Positions 1 to 12,934 of a stretch of 64,000 nucleotides of DNA are shown here, piece after piece. Position numbers and translations under genes: made by a program. The DNA is from Piromyces finnis finn. Its lineage: Eukaryota; Fungi; Neocallimastigomycota. The stretch spans positions 62,001 through 126,000 of the forward strand of contig MCFH01000018.1 of assembly GCA_002104945.1 (NCBI GenBank), written 5' to 3'. The notes beneath the pieces were generated by a model. It saw only the letters and a list, made by a program, of their open reading frames with translations, made no database searches and was not told the DNA's origin. How positions within the stretch are numbered: position 1 is the stretch's first letter; each line of letters begins with the position of its first letter.

Positions 1-33
1 GAATTAAAATTAAACAAATAAAAATAAATAAAG

Positions 34-2021
34 AATTGCTGCTAAAATAGCGAATGAATTAGATGATGGAAAATCTTTTTTTAGACAACAGATTTTTCGT
101 ATCGTTACTAGTCGAGTATTTAATAATATTATGTTGGGTATTATTTTAATAAATACAGTAACAATGGCATTACAAGTAATAAAAAGTTTTAATTCAAAAT
201 ATTGTATGTTTACTTTTTCTATATTCATATTTTAAAGAAATTTAAATACGATTGGAAATTTCATAATAAATACTTTTCAATCTCTTAAATTTTTATTCTT
301 TAATGTGATATTTTGTTTTTATTGGAAAATAATATATATGCTAATAATTTTTTCATATAGCTTGGTATCTAGCAATTATTGATCAAGTATTTCTGGTAAT
401 ATATATATGGGAATGTTTATTGAAGTTATACGCATGGAGATTATATTATTTTAAATCAGGATGGAATGTTTTTGGTAAATATTTAAAAAAAAAAAAAAAA
501 AAAAAAACATATAAAAATAATATTAATTGTATTTCAACAATTTAATTAAAACATTATAATATATAATTAAATATATTACATTAGATTTCTTTATTGTTTT
601 AATTAGTATTATTACATGGTTTTTACCTGAAATATTAACTTCATCAGCTAATTTTGATGCAAAATTCCTTAGAGTATTGAGAGTTATGAGAGCTTTTCGT
701 GCAATTCGTTCTATTCGTGTTTTAAGAGCTATTAATTTCTTACGTTCTTTACAAGTTGTCGTTTCTGTGTTGATTCGTTCAATTCCAGCCATGGCAAATA
801 TTGTATTTTTAGCTTTTATTATCATCTGTAGGTTTCATTTATGCTATAATAAATAAATTATTAAATGAATTAATAATATTAATATAATTTAATCTTTTCA
901 ATTTTTTATGCCATGAAAATATATTATTATATTTAATTGTTTTTATACAAAAAAAAAAAAAAAAGATATTTTCATGATTATTGGAACAGCCTCATTTGGA
1001 AAATATGATGAAAAGCATTTTGGATCTTTATTTAAAACATTATTTAGATTAATTCAATTAATGACTTTGGATGATTGGAGTGTTATTTATGAAGAGAATA
1101 GAGATAAAGCACCTATTATTTGGTTCTATTTAGCTATTTTTATTGTATTAGAAACTTTTATTTTTTTGAAGTAAGTCAAAAAAAAAAAAAAAAAAAAAGC
1201 ATAATAGATATATTCATTATTATAAATTAACGGCAGTAAAATTTTAAATTATTTTATATTCATTTATATTTGTATGTATATAATTATATAAAAGTCTTTT
1301 TGTTGCTGTAATTGTTAGTAATCTTCAAAGTTCTAAAAATAGCAAGATTAAAAAAAGAACAAGGGTTAAACAGGTATATACCTGAAAAATAGAAATGCAT
1401 ATATATAGTTTAATGTAAATGATTAATAATTCTAAATATTGTTTTAAAACAATAATATATATAGAAAATTAATGACGATTTTATGGAAATAAACAATAAC
1501 ACAAATGCTTATAAAAAAAAAGATAAATTAGATGATAGAAGAATTGGTTTATATGATAATAACGATGAGGATTTCAAATCTCAAATCGGAAAGTATTATG
1601 GAGAAACAATACCAGAAAGGTTTATATCTAGAGTTAAAATTAAAATTTTATATCAATAAATAATAAATATTTAATATTTATTTTTTTTATCGCTTTTAGA
1701 CAACAATTATTATTATCAAAGTATTTCATGTTATTAGCTGCACTAGAATATAATAATAGTTCATATAATAAACAACAAAAGATTTTAGATGATTTAGGTA
1801 TATTTATATGGAACAATTATATGAAAAACTGTATAATATTAATATATTTTAATATTATTAATGATAACATCTTTTCATTTTAATAATAATAATATGAATA
1901 TGGATATGGATATAATACGTTAGTTGATCTTACCATTGAAAAGGTTGAAGAGGGTGACTTATTGAACCCAATTGATGATAAAGCCGTTAATGATGCTGCC
2001 GCTGCTGCTTCATTGGATTAA
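34..2021 (+). CDS. CATSPER1: CatSper1-like voltage-gated Ca2+ channel alpha subunit (5' end upstream of window)
   Basis: In-frame spliced exons 34-203, 361-474, 585-827, 966-1170, 1295-1373, 1465-1619, 1700-1797, 1924-2021 (TAA). S4 reads FLRVLRVMRAFRAIRSIRVLRAI. The pore reads LMTLDDWSVIY and S6 reads FIFLNLFVAVIV. The C-tail QQLLLSKYFMLLAALEYNNSSYNKQQKILDDLVDLTIE resembles the CatSper1 C-terminus as I recall it (QQELLFHYLQLVASVE...VIDEIVDTTFE). Confidence 0.85.
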
Positions 2022-2334
2022 TCATTTTTTTATACTAAAATATATAGAATATATTTTATTCATATACCTATTAAATCACGAATAAAATATATTAAAATCT
2101 ATTAATATAATTATGAGGATTTATCAACATGTTTAATTATGAAGATCTATCAAATCAATATAAATTTCTTTTCTTTTTTTTTTTTTTATATTATTTCTTA
2201 TTTTTATTTAATTTTATTTTATTTTATTATTTTATCGACATTAAATAATAAATTTAATATAAAAAATATTAATAATTTACTTTTTTTATCAGTATACAAA
2301 TTTTTGTAATTTATATTAAATATTTTTCATAATT

Positions 2335-2365
<31 letters not shown>

Positions 2366-2406
2366 CATATTTTTATCCCATTAATATAAAATAAATATTT
2401 GTTAAT

Positions 2407-4330
2407 ATGCAAACCATTTCGAATATAGCTAACAATTTAATATTTAAAAATTCAGGTAAATTTTGAAATAGATATTAAAAATTAGATAGATACTAAAATA
2501 TTTTAATAACTTTATATACGAAATTATTCAATTCATTATTAATCCATATTATATAAAACCCTTTTTTATGAATAAATCATTAAAAATGCATTTCAAATTT
2601 CTATTTTTAATTCTTAATACATTTCGCTTTATTGTAATTAGTAAAAGAGGGTTTAAATTATTCACTTCCTTCTATTTTTCAAATACCTCAAAAAAGATTT
2701 AAACATTATGCCCCATTAACTAATAGAGGTTTAATTCGTGTTAAGGGTACCGATGCTACTAAATATCTACACAGTATTGTCACCAATAAAGTTCAAAAAG
2801 AAGAAAAAAATTGTTTATACGCCGACTTTTTAACAAATAAAGTAAATATGAATTATTAAATAAATTTAATAATTAAATTTATTTATAAGTAATAAATATC
2901 CATTTCAAATTTAGTCCTAAAAAATCTTGATATTATAAAAAAAAATAAAATACATACATTTTATTCTTTGGAATATTAATTTATACGTACATATGAAATA
3001 AAATAATATATATAAAGGGAAGGGTTTTATGTGATTCTATTATATATCGTCTTGATTCAAATAAAAAAAATACCAAAAAAGAAGATGAAGAAGATGAGGA
3101 AATTCAAGAATACTTAATTGATGTCGACAAAAGTCTTGTTCCATTCTTATTAAAATATCTTAGACGTTATATTCTTCGTTCCGATATACGCCTATTTAAT
3201 GCTTCTAAGAGTCTTAAGGTATGGAGTGTATGGCCTAGTGAAAATGAAAGTGAAGCTGATTTTCAAAAAGGTCTTAATGACCTTGGTGTAGTACATGTAG
3301 AAGATCCTCGTTGCCCTGCACTTGGTTATCGTATTATCGGCAAACAATTAGAAAATTGTAAGTATTAATATAAAATTATAGATATATTAAAAAAAATTTT
3401 TTTAAAAAAAGAAAAAATATAGCATTTTATATATCTCTTTATGATATATAAAATGGTTTACAAATAATTTTCAATTAATTATAAAAAACCAAAAAAGAAA
3501 TAAAATAATAATAATTATAATAATAATAATTAGCAGTTTTTTCAAATAGTACTAAAAGTACCGAAGATGATTATAAAGTTAGAAGAATTTTATATGGTAT
3601 TCCTGAAGGTCCAAAAGAAATTATTAAAAGTCAATCTTTTCCATTTGAGGCAAATCTTGATTTCCTTAATGGAGGTAAAAATCAAAATCAATATAAAAAT
3701 AAAATTTAATAATAATAATAATAAGTTTATTTAATATTTAATTAAAATAAAAATAATCATAATAAATCAAATTGGGGTTTTAAATTTACTAGTGGATTAT
3801 CACAAAGGTTGCTATATTGGTCAAGAATTAACATATCGTACTCATAAACGTGGTACCACCAGAAAAAGATTAGTTCCAGTTCAATTTTATAATAAAGAAG
3901 AAGGGTAAATACATATTAAAGTATTACAACATGTTTAATTAATATAAAAAATTTTAATTATTATTATATTGTTAACATTTAATATGAAATATATATATTC
4001 TCAATGAAATTAAACAATAAATATATATTAAAAATTTAATATAATATTAGAGAACCAGAAAAATTAACTGTTAATACTAATTGGGAAAAAATAACAGGAA
4101 TTAAAACTGGAACAAAATTAATTCCAAAAGATGGTGAAGGTCGTATTAAGAGTCTTTATCGTGATGGTATATTTAATATAGGTATGGCCTTAGTAAACGT
4201 TAACCTTTTCCAAAAAGGTGCTAAAAAATCTGTAAAATTCTCAGTAGAAAATGATGATAAAATAATGGCCAAAGCATTCCTTCCCGACTTTATTGATCTC
4301 ACTGAAAAAGAAGAAAAGAAAGAAGAGTAA
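2407..4330 (+). CDS. IBA57: IBA57/CAF17 (YgfZ/GcvT-like) Fe-S cluster assembly factor
   Basis: Exons 2407-2455, 2642-2841, 3018-3357, ~3534-3674, 3793-3904, 4051-4330. Motifs include [50 protein letters not shown] and the YgfZ signature KGCYIGQE. Confidence 0.92.
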
Positions 4331-4917
4331 ATTTTTGACACAATTGTACTTTGCTAAAAATGATCAATAATTTAAATCGTTAAGCTATATTATTATTATA
4401 TAATACCAATAAATATAAATCAATATATGAATTATCTATTGTTTTTCCTTTTTTCTTTTTTTTTCTTTTTTTTTTTTTTTTTTTTGCATATTAAAAATAG
4501 AATTGCAATCTATATATTATCTGAAATTTTTAAATAATAATAATAACTTTTGTTATGATAAATAAATATCAATTAAAAAAAAATATAATTATAATACAAT
4601 AATAATTGCAACAATAATAGTAATAAGAACAATAAGAATTAATATATTTCTATTATTTTAGATTCCTATAAAGTAATATAATAAAATGAACTAACTAGCA
4701 AAATAAATAAATAAATAAATATGTGCTTTATTTATTATCCTTTTAAAATATAATAAATAGTTAAAAAAAATAATAATAATTCTTACTCTTTAATTTATAT
4801 CAATAAAAAAAAATAAAAAATTTTATAATTTATTATTTTTACTTGTATATATATATTGCCTTATTATTTTATTATTATTATATATATATATATATATTTT
4901 AATATTATATTTATAAT

Positions 4918-5969
4918 TTAATTATTGCCAAAAAAATTTCCAATTTTGTTGGTGACAATATTACCAACAAGGCCTCCAAAAATTTTATTATTTGTGAAAA
5001 TACCACCAGATTTTTGTTTGGCATCTTTCTCACATTTGTAGTATCCAATTAAGTTTGCTAAATTAAAGGATAAAGCAACAAAGTCGACTAAAAGCCATTT
5101 AAAACTAAAAGATAATAAGGAAACAATAGCAAAAACAAGCCATACAGCTGGCGCTATGTATAAAGCTCCCCAGAAAATTCTAGAATCAGTTTTATTAACA
5201 ACACGGTTCTTTTTTTTTTTTTTTTGAAAAAAATAATTGATAGTTTATTTTTTATTTACATTATGTAAAATGTATTAGAAAAAAGAAGAAAAAAAACATT
5301 TAATATTTGATATTTCTGTATTTGCATAAAAAGTTTTATGCTTATATATATTATTTTAGGACGAAAAGAAAAATCTATTTATATAATTATACATACATCT
5401 TTACTTTCAAATAACCATGAATTGGTACCATCTTCATTAATTTCATTCCACCATCTTAAACCTACTAATAAACGTCCTGATATATTTTTAACAGTCCAAA
5501 AATCGAAAGCTAAAAGCATTGTAATAATAACAAAGGAAATTACATAGTTTCTATGTACAAATGGAAATATATATACGAAAATAGCTAAAGATCTGAAGAA
5601 TAAATGGAAAAACAATGCTATTGGATGACTATTTTATTTATAAAAATATGTTTAAATCCCGTTAATAAGTATGATAAATTATTTAAATTTATATCATGAA
5701 TAATAAAACATAATTTATATTCAATACAATGTTTAAATATTAAATTATAATTAAAACTTTAAATTTGTATATTATAATACTATATATTATTTATTAAATA
5801 TTTTAAATATTGTTTACCTTGATGTTTTGAATATATTATTATCATTTTGTTCACCATTTGAATTATTAAGAGAATTGTTGCTATTTACATTTGAATTGCC
5901 ATATGATGACATAGTTTGTCCTTCCAACATACTTAGAACATCTCCTCCTGCAGGTCCTTGGTTGGACAT
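4918..5969 (-). CDS. TVP23: Golgi membrane protein TVP23 (FAM18/DUF846)
   Basis: Exons 5969-5818, 5628-5397, 5208-4918. Motifs HPIALFFHLFFR, AFDFWTVKNISGRLLVGLRWWNEINEDGTNSWLFES and DSRIFW. Confidence 0.95.
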
Positions 5970-7102
5970 TAAATTAGTTGTATCATTATACTATATTATA
6001 AATATTTTTGTGTGTATGTTTATTATATTGTAAAATATTATTTTAATAAATAAAATTTGTAAATTAATAATCAATTGTTATTTAATACAAAATGTTTTAA
6101 CATGAAATTCTAATTGAACCATTAATCCAGAAGTTATATAACATATTCTCCTTTTAAATATACACATGTATAAATTGAAATCTCTATTTTATTGTTTATT
6201 ATAATAATTTATATTTTATTTGGTGGGAAATAATGAATTGAAGGATTTTTAATTTTTTATAATTATTTTAATTTTAATTTTGTTAATATCATTAACTAAT
6301 ATTATTTTCTTTATTTGTTTCGTTTTTATTTTATATAATTAATTGTAATTTTATGGATGGATAATATATTTCTTGTTTTATTCATCAGAAAAATTAGAAA
6401 TAGTAAAACTTTTTATTTCATAAGAATTTATCTAATATTAATATAGCAAGTGCTTAAATAGTAAATAAATGAAAGGTCATCTATTTTCTTTTTTCCCTTT
6501 TATTCATATAAATATTTTTATAGAAAAATATTAATAAATGATTTGACTTCTTGTTCCATTCCATTTTAAGGTTCAATTATTTATAATAAATATTTTTTTT
6601 AGTTATTAGTAATTAACAATGCCTTTACCATTTTCTATATTTTTATTATATATATATTTTTTCTTTTAATAAATAAAAATAAAGTCTTCTCTTTTATTTT
6701 CTTTCTTTCTTTTTTTTTTTTTTTTTATATTTTTGATTTACTTTTTTAATTTTCTATTATATTTTAAAAATTGTTTTTATATTTTATTTAAAGAAAATTT
6801 GAAAATTGAAAATAAAAATTTTTTTTTCTATCTTAAAACTTTAATATTTTATAATGTATTACAAAAAAAATTTTTTTTTTTATATTTCTTTTATTTTATT
6901 TTCTTTTTAAATAAAAAAAGGATAAATTTATAAATTATAAATTATATAGAAAGTAAGAAAGAGAAAAGATTTTTTTGTTTTTTGTTTCTATTAAATAAAA
7001 CTATGTTAATATAAAAATATAAATATTCCTTATCATTAATACTAATAAATTTAATTTTAACAATGTTTCACTATTTCTCTTATGAATATCATTTTTATAA
7101 AG

Positions 7103-7989
7103 ATGTCAGATTATGATTTAGTTCAAAGAGGTTCACTAAAATTGAAATCTACAATAAAGGATAAATCCATAAAGTAAAAATAAATAAATAAATAAATAAA
7201 TATTATTATTTTTAATAAAATATAATATTATTTAATAAAAAGGCACTTGATATCAATCAATAATATCTTTTTCTTTCCTTTTTTTCATAAAAAATACCTT
7301 TTAAAATTTAATAAATGTTCAAAAACATATATACAGAAAAAAAAAAAGTAAGAAGCATCATCACCATCATCACTCTAAAAAAGAAAAAAAACAAATAATT
7401 GATGCAATAGAAGAAAGCTTACCACCAGAACAAGAAATTATAGAAGGAAAAAAGACAAAAGCAGAATTACGTTTTGAAGAAGTTAAATTAAAAAGAGTAA
7501 TTATCATAAATAATTGGAAAATTAAAAATTCATAATATTTGAAATAATATGGATATATATAAAAAATCATAAAAAAAAAAACGCAAAAAATATATATTAA
7601 AAGTTGTTAAACAAAAAAAATAAGATATTTGAAATTCATTATTTTTAAAAATTACATTTAATATTAATAAATTTATTAAAATATATATTATATTAATATA
7701 GCAATTAGAAAGAGTAAGAGAATATGCTAAAACATCACACAAGGAAAAAGTTGCTGTAAGTTTTTTTTACCATTTTTTTTAAAAAATATATTTTAAATAA
7801 AATGGTAGTAACAATATTATTATAAATTTTAATATAGATATTTAATGAAAAACTTGAAAATCAAACTGAACGTAAGTTTTATTAATATTATTTAGTTATT
7901 AATTAATATCATTAAAAATTAAAAATTAACATGATATATATGTTTTTACCAATTCAGACTATGATGTACCAAAGGTTGGACCTGGTTAA
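7103..7989 (+). CDS. FAM32A: FAM32A-like (DUF1754) small basic nuclear protein
   Basis: Exons 7103-7173, 7337-7496, 7702-7755, 7838-7871, 7958-7989. The product reads MSDYDLVQRGSLKLK...KKTKAELRFEE...KTSHKEKV..FNEKLENQTEHYDVPKVGPG*, with the family C-terminal EHYDxPKV motif. Confidence 0.9.
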
Positions 7990-8367
7990 TTAGTACAGTT
8001 GAAATATACCATTAGAATAATAATATTTTTTCATAAAATTGAAAATAAAATATGATTATTATTATTAATAAAGTAAAGTCTTTATTGAGTATAATAACAA
8101 AAATGATATAATTTATTTAATATATTCATAATGTAAAAATAAAAAATAATAAAATTCCATAATTTAAAGATTATAAAAAAAAATAAAATTCAACATTTAT
8201 TATTAATTTTATATTTAATAAATCAATCATTTATTAAATATATAAAGATAAATGAACAAACAATTATATATAATATTACATGTTCATTTTATTTTATTTA
8301 AATTTTATTATAATTATTTTTGTTTTTGATTTGATTTTTTAAATCTATATGTAAAATGTAAAATAAT

Positions 8368-8547
8368 ATGTAATGTTAAAGTAATAATATAAATGTATAA
8401 TCCATAATGTCATTATTAATAAATTAGTTAATAATATAATTTGTATTAAAAAGAGCTTTATGGGTTTTTAATTTTATTATTCCTGTATAACTTAAAGTTT
8501 AATTCTTTCTACATAAAATTAACATGTATCATATGATAGATCATATG
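8368..8547. repeat. Dispersed repeat copy 1 (internally shorter relative of 34384-34727)
   Basis: 8368-8406 aligns to 34425-34462, and 8493-8531 matches 34660-34698 (39 nt, 3 mismatches). It is followed by a hairpin, catatga-taga-tcatatg (8530-8547). Confidence 0.7.
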
Positions 8548-8731
8548 GAATCATGGTTTTTAATTAATTTTAATTAAATTTGAAAAAGAAAAAAAAAAAA
8601 CAATCTTTTTAACCTACTTTGAAATTTTATATTTAAAAAAAAAGTATAATATTCATTTACATAAAAAAAAAACATTAGTTATTATTAATTTATCTTTGTT
8701 GATAAAATAGGATAATTATATAATATATAAT

Positions 8732-8866
8732 ATGGATTATAATTACGTTGGTATTCAAGAATCTTCAAAGTATAATGAAGAAGACAATAAATTAATAGAA
8801 ATCCCATCTCATTTAAAAGAAAAGTTGCCAAAAATAAAAATTTGTCCTGTTCCAGATGATGGAAAA
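8732..8866 (+). pseudogene. Orphan exon-like fragment (MDYNYVGIQE...KIKICPVPDDGK)
   Basis: ATG-initiated, codon-like 45-aa segment ending at a GTAATA donor. No convincing full gene could be built downstream. Confidence 0.3.
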
Positions 8867-10425
8867 GTAATAACTCTAAAAATAGAAATAGAAATAGAAT
8901 ACTTTTACTGTTAATAGATATATATATAAGTATTTTCTAAATAAATTTTCATTCATTATCTTATATTATTTTAATATAAATTGCTATTTATAAAAAGATT
9001 GAATATAAAGACCAAGATTATTTAAGTATGAAAATAATTTTATTGTAAATAAATATAATTATTACAATTTTAGAATTTCGAGCTATATAAAATATTAATT
9101 TATTATTTATTGTTGTTGATTTAATTAATTTTTAATTTATATGTTGTATAATCTTTTTAAATAGCATTTGAAAATATTATCATTGATCCAAGAATTAGAA
9201 GACAAAATTAATTATATCTAAGAACACTTATTTAAATATTTTATTTAAAAAAAAAAAAAACTTCCTTTTCTATATATTTGACAAGAATTGTTTCTATGTT
9301 AAAGAAATTTTACATCTTTTTTATTATTATTTTTTTAATATAATATTGTTAATAATAATGATGATGCAGGAAAAAAAAAAAGTTTGTATAATAAAATTAT
9401 TTATAAATTATATATGAAATAAGTCTTATAATTTATAAATATAGCCTATCTAATTATAAAAAATTTTATTTCTTTCCTTCCTAAATTACCATAATATTAA
9501 TACTTTAGTGTTTAATAACAGTTTTAAATAAAAAATTAAAAAAATGGGAGAAATGTAATAATCTGTCTTTAATTCATTTTAACATTAAACAAAGTAATAA
9601 ATAAATGTTAATACAAGTCTCTAGTTTTACCCTAAAAAAAATAATAAAAAAAATAATAGAACGCTTTTATAAAGTATTATTTATTATCCTTTTAACCATC
9701 TTTATAATGATTAAAATATAAGATTTCCTTATAATTAAATCACATGATTGATAAAAGTAGATGAATAAATATATAAATAATAAATAAATAAATTATTTAA
9801 TCAAGGCATAAGTTTAAGCTTGAATAAATTTCTTTTAGCCTCGCTTTTTTTTTTTTTTTTTTTAATTTATATATATAATAAAATATATTATCCATATAGT
9901 TTTGAAATAAATTAAATGAAAATTTTAAAATTTACTTTTAAAAATTTTTATTATATAAATTTCAGTATTTAAAATTTTATTTTTTTTTTTTTAAATTGAA
10001 TTTAACAAATTGTTTTTTAAAAAAAACTTTTAAATTCAAATTTTGTTAATAAATAAAAAAGTAATTTGAAGTTACTAATCAATGAAATATCAGAAATAAA
10101 ATATCTTTATTTATAATATTTTTTCCATTATACTAATATATATTTATATATTAAAACATATTATTTATATATTAATTTCTATAATATAAAGTATGATATT
10201 TTATTAATAAATATACTACAAAAAAAAAGTCAGTTGTAATAAAGAAATAAAAATAAAAAAAATAAATAAAGAATTAAATAAAAGGATAAAAAAAAACTAT
10301 TTTTTGCGTTTTTCCTGTACAGAAAATTAATGATTTTCAATTTTAGAATTAAACTATTTAACAGTAGTCCACTAGCAATTAAAGATTTTATTCTACCATC
10401 CAATAATTTAAATAGTCTTTTAAAA

Positions 10426-11496
10426 ATGTCTCTTCAAAATTATTCTCTAAAAAAATATTACTCTACTAAACAGAGTAATAGTTACTATTATCCACCTATT
10501 AGTCCTAATGAATTATTAAATCAACTTACTTATAATTTAGATACCTTAAAATTTCAGAAAATTCAAACAGATTTCAGTATCAGAAGAGCAAGTGTTGCAG
10601 CTATTTTAAGAGTTGTACCAAGAAATGTGAATCAAGTCAATGGTATTTTTTATTTTTTTTTTCTCAAAATATATCTATTTGTATTTATATGTGAATAACT
10701 ATATAAAATATATAAAATATCAATTAAATAAATATCAAATGTCATTAACCAAAAAGAGAGAAAGAAAAGAAATATTAAAGAGGGGGAAATAGATATAACA
10801 AATTATGAAATAAAATGTTACTTCATAAGGAAAAATAAATAAATAAATAAAATAATACATATATATAATAATATAATGCAAGTACATTGAAATAATTTTT
10901 TAATTAAAAGTTTGAAAAAGAATAAAAATAAATGTATTAATATATATAATATATATACATGAAGGTTTTATTCTAGTAATTAATTCAAAAAATAAAACAA
11001 AATTCAATTCAATAGTATGAAATATAGTAAAATTAAAAACTATTTTAAGCTATATGTTAAAAAAAAAAAACCATTAATTTCTATTCATCAATTATTATAT
11101 TACTAAAAATATCAATAAATATATTATAACATCTATATAAATAATATATATTTCGTTTTTATATTATTTTCTTTTTTTAGACAATTGGAGTCAATGCCGC
11201 ACCATTGAACAATTTTTGAGTCGTATGTATTCAAATTTTCAAAAAAAGTACTTACATATAAATGAAAAGATATATATATATATATTCATAATATTATATA
11301 TTATTATATAATTGTATAGAAAATTGGGTTTCAAATGGTATATGTGAAATTTTATATATAAGAAGGTCTATAAGTCCAACAGATAGATGGTCTGGGGATT
11401 TGGCTTTCCCAGGAGGTAAAGCTAATCCAGGTGAAAGTGATAGAGAAACTTGTGAAAGGGAAACTATAGAAGAAATTGGTCTAAACCTAAGAAGTG

Positions 11497-11533
<37 letters not shown>

Positions 11534-12934
11534 ATTAATAATAAAAATTTAATATACATAATAATATATATGTATTCATAGATTCATAGATTCATAGATT
11601 AATATCTGAAATAAATAAATGCTTTACTTTAATCTTTTTAAATAAACTTTATAAATATTTCTATAACTATTATATATATTAATATATTATTCAACAAACT
11701 AATCTATTAATATCTATGTTTTAGCTTCATGTTTTTGGGTCAATTAGATCAACGTGAAATTAGATCTCTTACTTCATCTAGAAAAAAATTAATGGTGTTA
11801 TGCCCACATAGTAAATTTCATATAGTTTTTATCAATTTTATTTCAAGCTCTTATAAATTTATAAATAAAAATGATGTTTATGATTAATATATTAATAAAT
11901 CATCACTTTAACTTTAAATTCCAAATTATATAAATAATAAATAGTTTATTTACAAATATCACCGGCAACACCACCAATGCATATTAACGCTGATGAAATT
12001 CAATCTGTACATTGGGTTCCAGTAACTTACTTTATGTACGATAATTTTGTCGAAAACTGGAAAAAAATATCCTATCCAACTGTAAAAATATTAACTATAT
12101 TACGTTGGCTTCAAGTTATAGAACGCTCTTCAAAATATTACTATCTCTGGAAAAAACTTGAAGAATTCGTATTAGGAAAAGTGTATTACGGTGGTATTCT
12201 TCTTCCAGAAGATATGAAATATAACATAAAAGGAGGATCTAATAATGAATCATCTACATCATACCAAGGTTCTTCAACCCTAACTAAGCCACAAAGAAAA
12301 TATTCTGGAACATCATTCCTTCCATTTAATAATCAAAAAAAACCTTTAATTTTATGGGGAATTACTTTGGGTATGACCAGTGATCTAGTAAGTATTAAGA
12401 TGGATTAGTCCCATATAAAAAAAATTGATATAATAAACTGAACACAATTAACAAGAATATATTAAAATGATAAATTATTTTCTTTTATTTTTTAAAGGTT
12501 GATTTACTTTATAAACCAGAAGAATTACCTCTAATAAGTATTAAAGAAATGGCCTCTGCTAAATTTACCCACAAAGACATTGATTTCATGGTAAAATGCT
12601 TCAAAAATGGCACACCATTAAAAAAATCTGCAGATTATTATCAACAAATACCATGCAGGAAACCTGTGATATCTGAATATATAGAGTAAATATTAATAAT
12701 AATGATGATGATGTTATCATATTTGCTTTAAAATACTTTTTGAAAATCATATGAGACATTTTAAAACAACACTATATTAATCATATCTATTTTCTTTATA
12801 AAAATTACTTTAAAATAAATTAAAGTGAAACAGAATATTTCAGTTATATGAAATTCTCAGCCTATGTAGCTCTAGTTGTCAGAATGATCATAGCATGGTT
12901 TGTCGCCAAAAAAATAAAAGAATTCATAAAGTAA
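10426..12934 (+). CDS. Nudix hydrolase (fungal CoA-pyrophosphatase-like family) with C-terminal hydrophobic helix
   Basis: Exons 10426-10642, 11181-11222, 11320-11500, 11725-~11810, 11945-12387, 12498-12686, ~12825-12934. Contains RRASVAAIL, DRWSGDLAFPGG and the Nudix box GGKANPGESDRETCERETIEEIGL. An alternative start exists at 10330. Confidence 0.88.

Noticed and set aside
523-825. 100-aa minus-strand ORF and the minus ORF at 10-228
   Set aside because: These are antisense shadows of CatSper exons.
2708-2719. ATG at 2708 as the IBA57 start
   Set aside because: It is out of frame (ATG CCC CAT TAA). The conserved frame extends upstream to a spliced exon starting at 2407.
7355-7373. His6 run in the FAM32A-like protein
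   Set aside because: It is a low-complexity run within a basic linker and not evidence of a vector tag or a metal-binding system.
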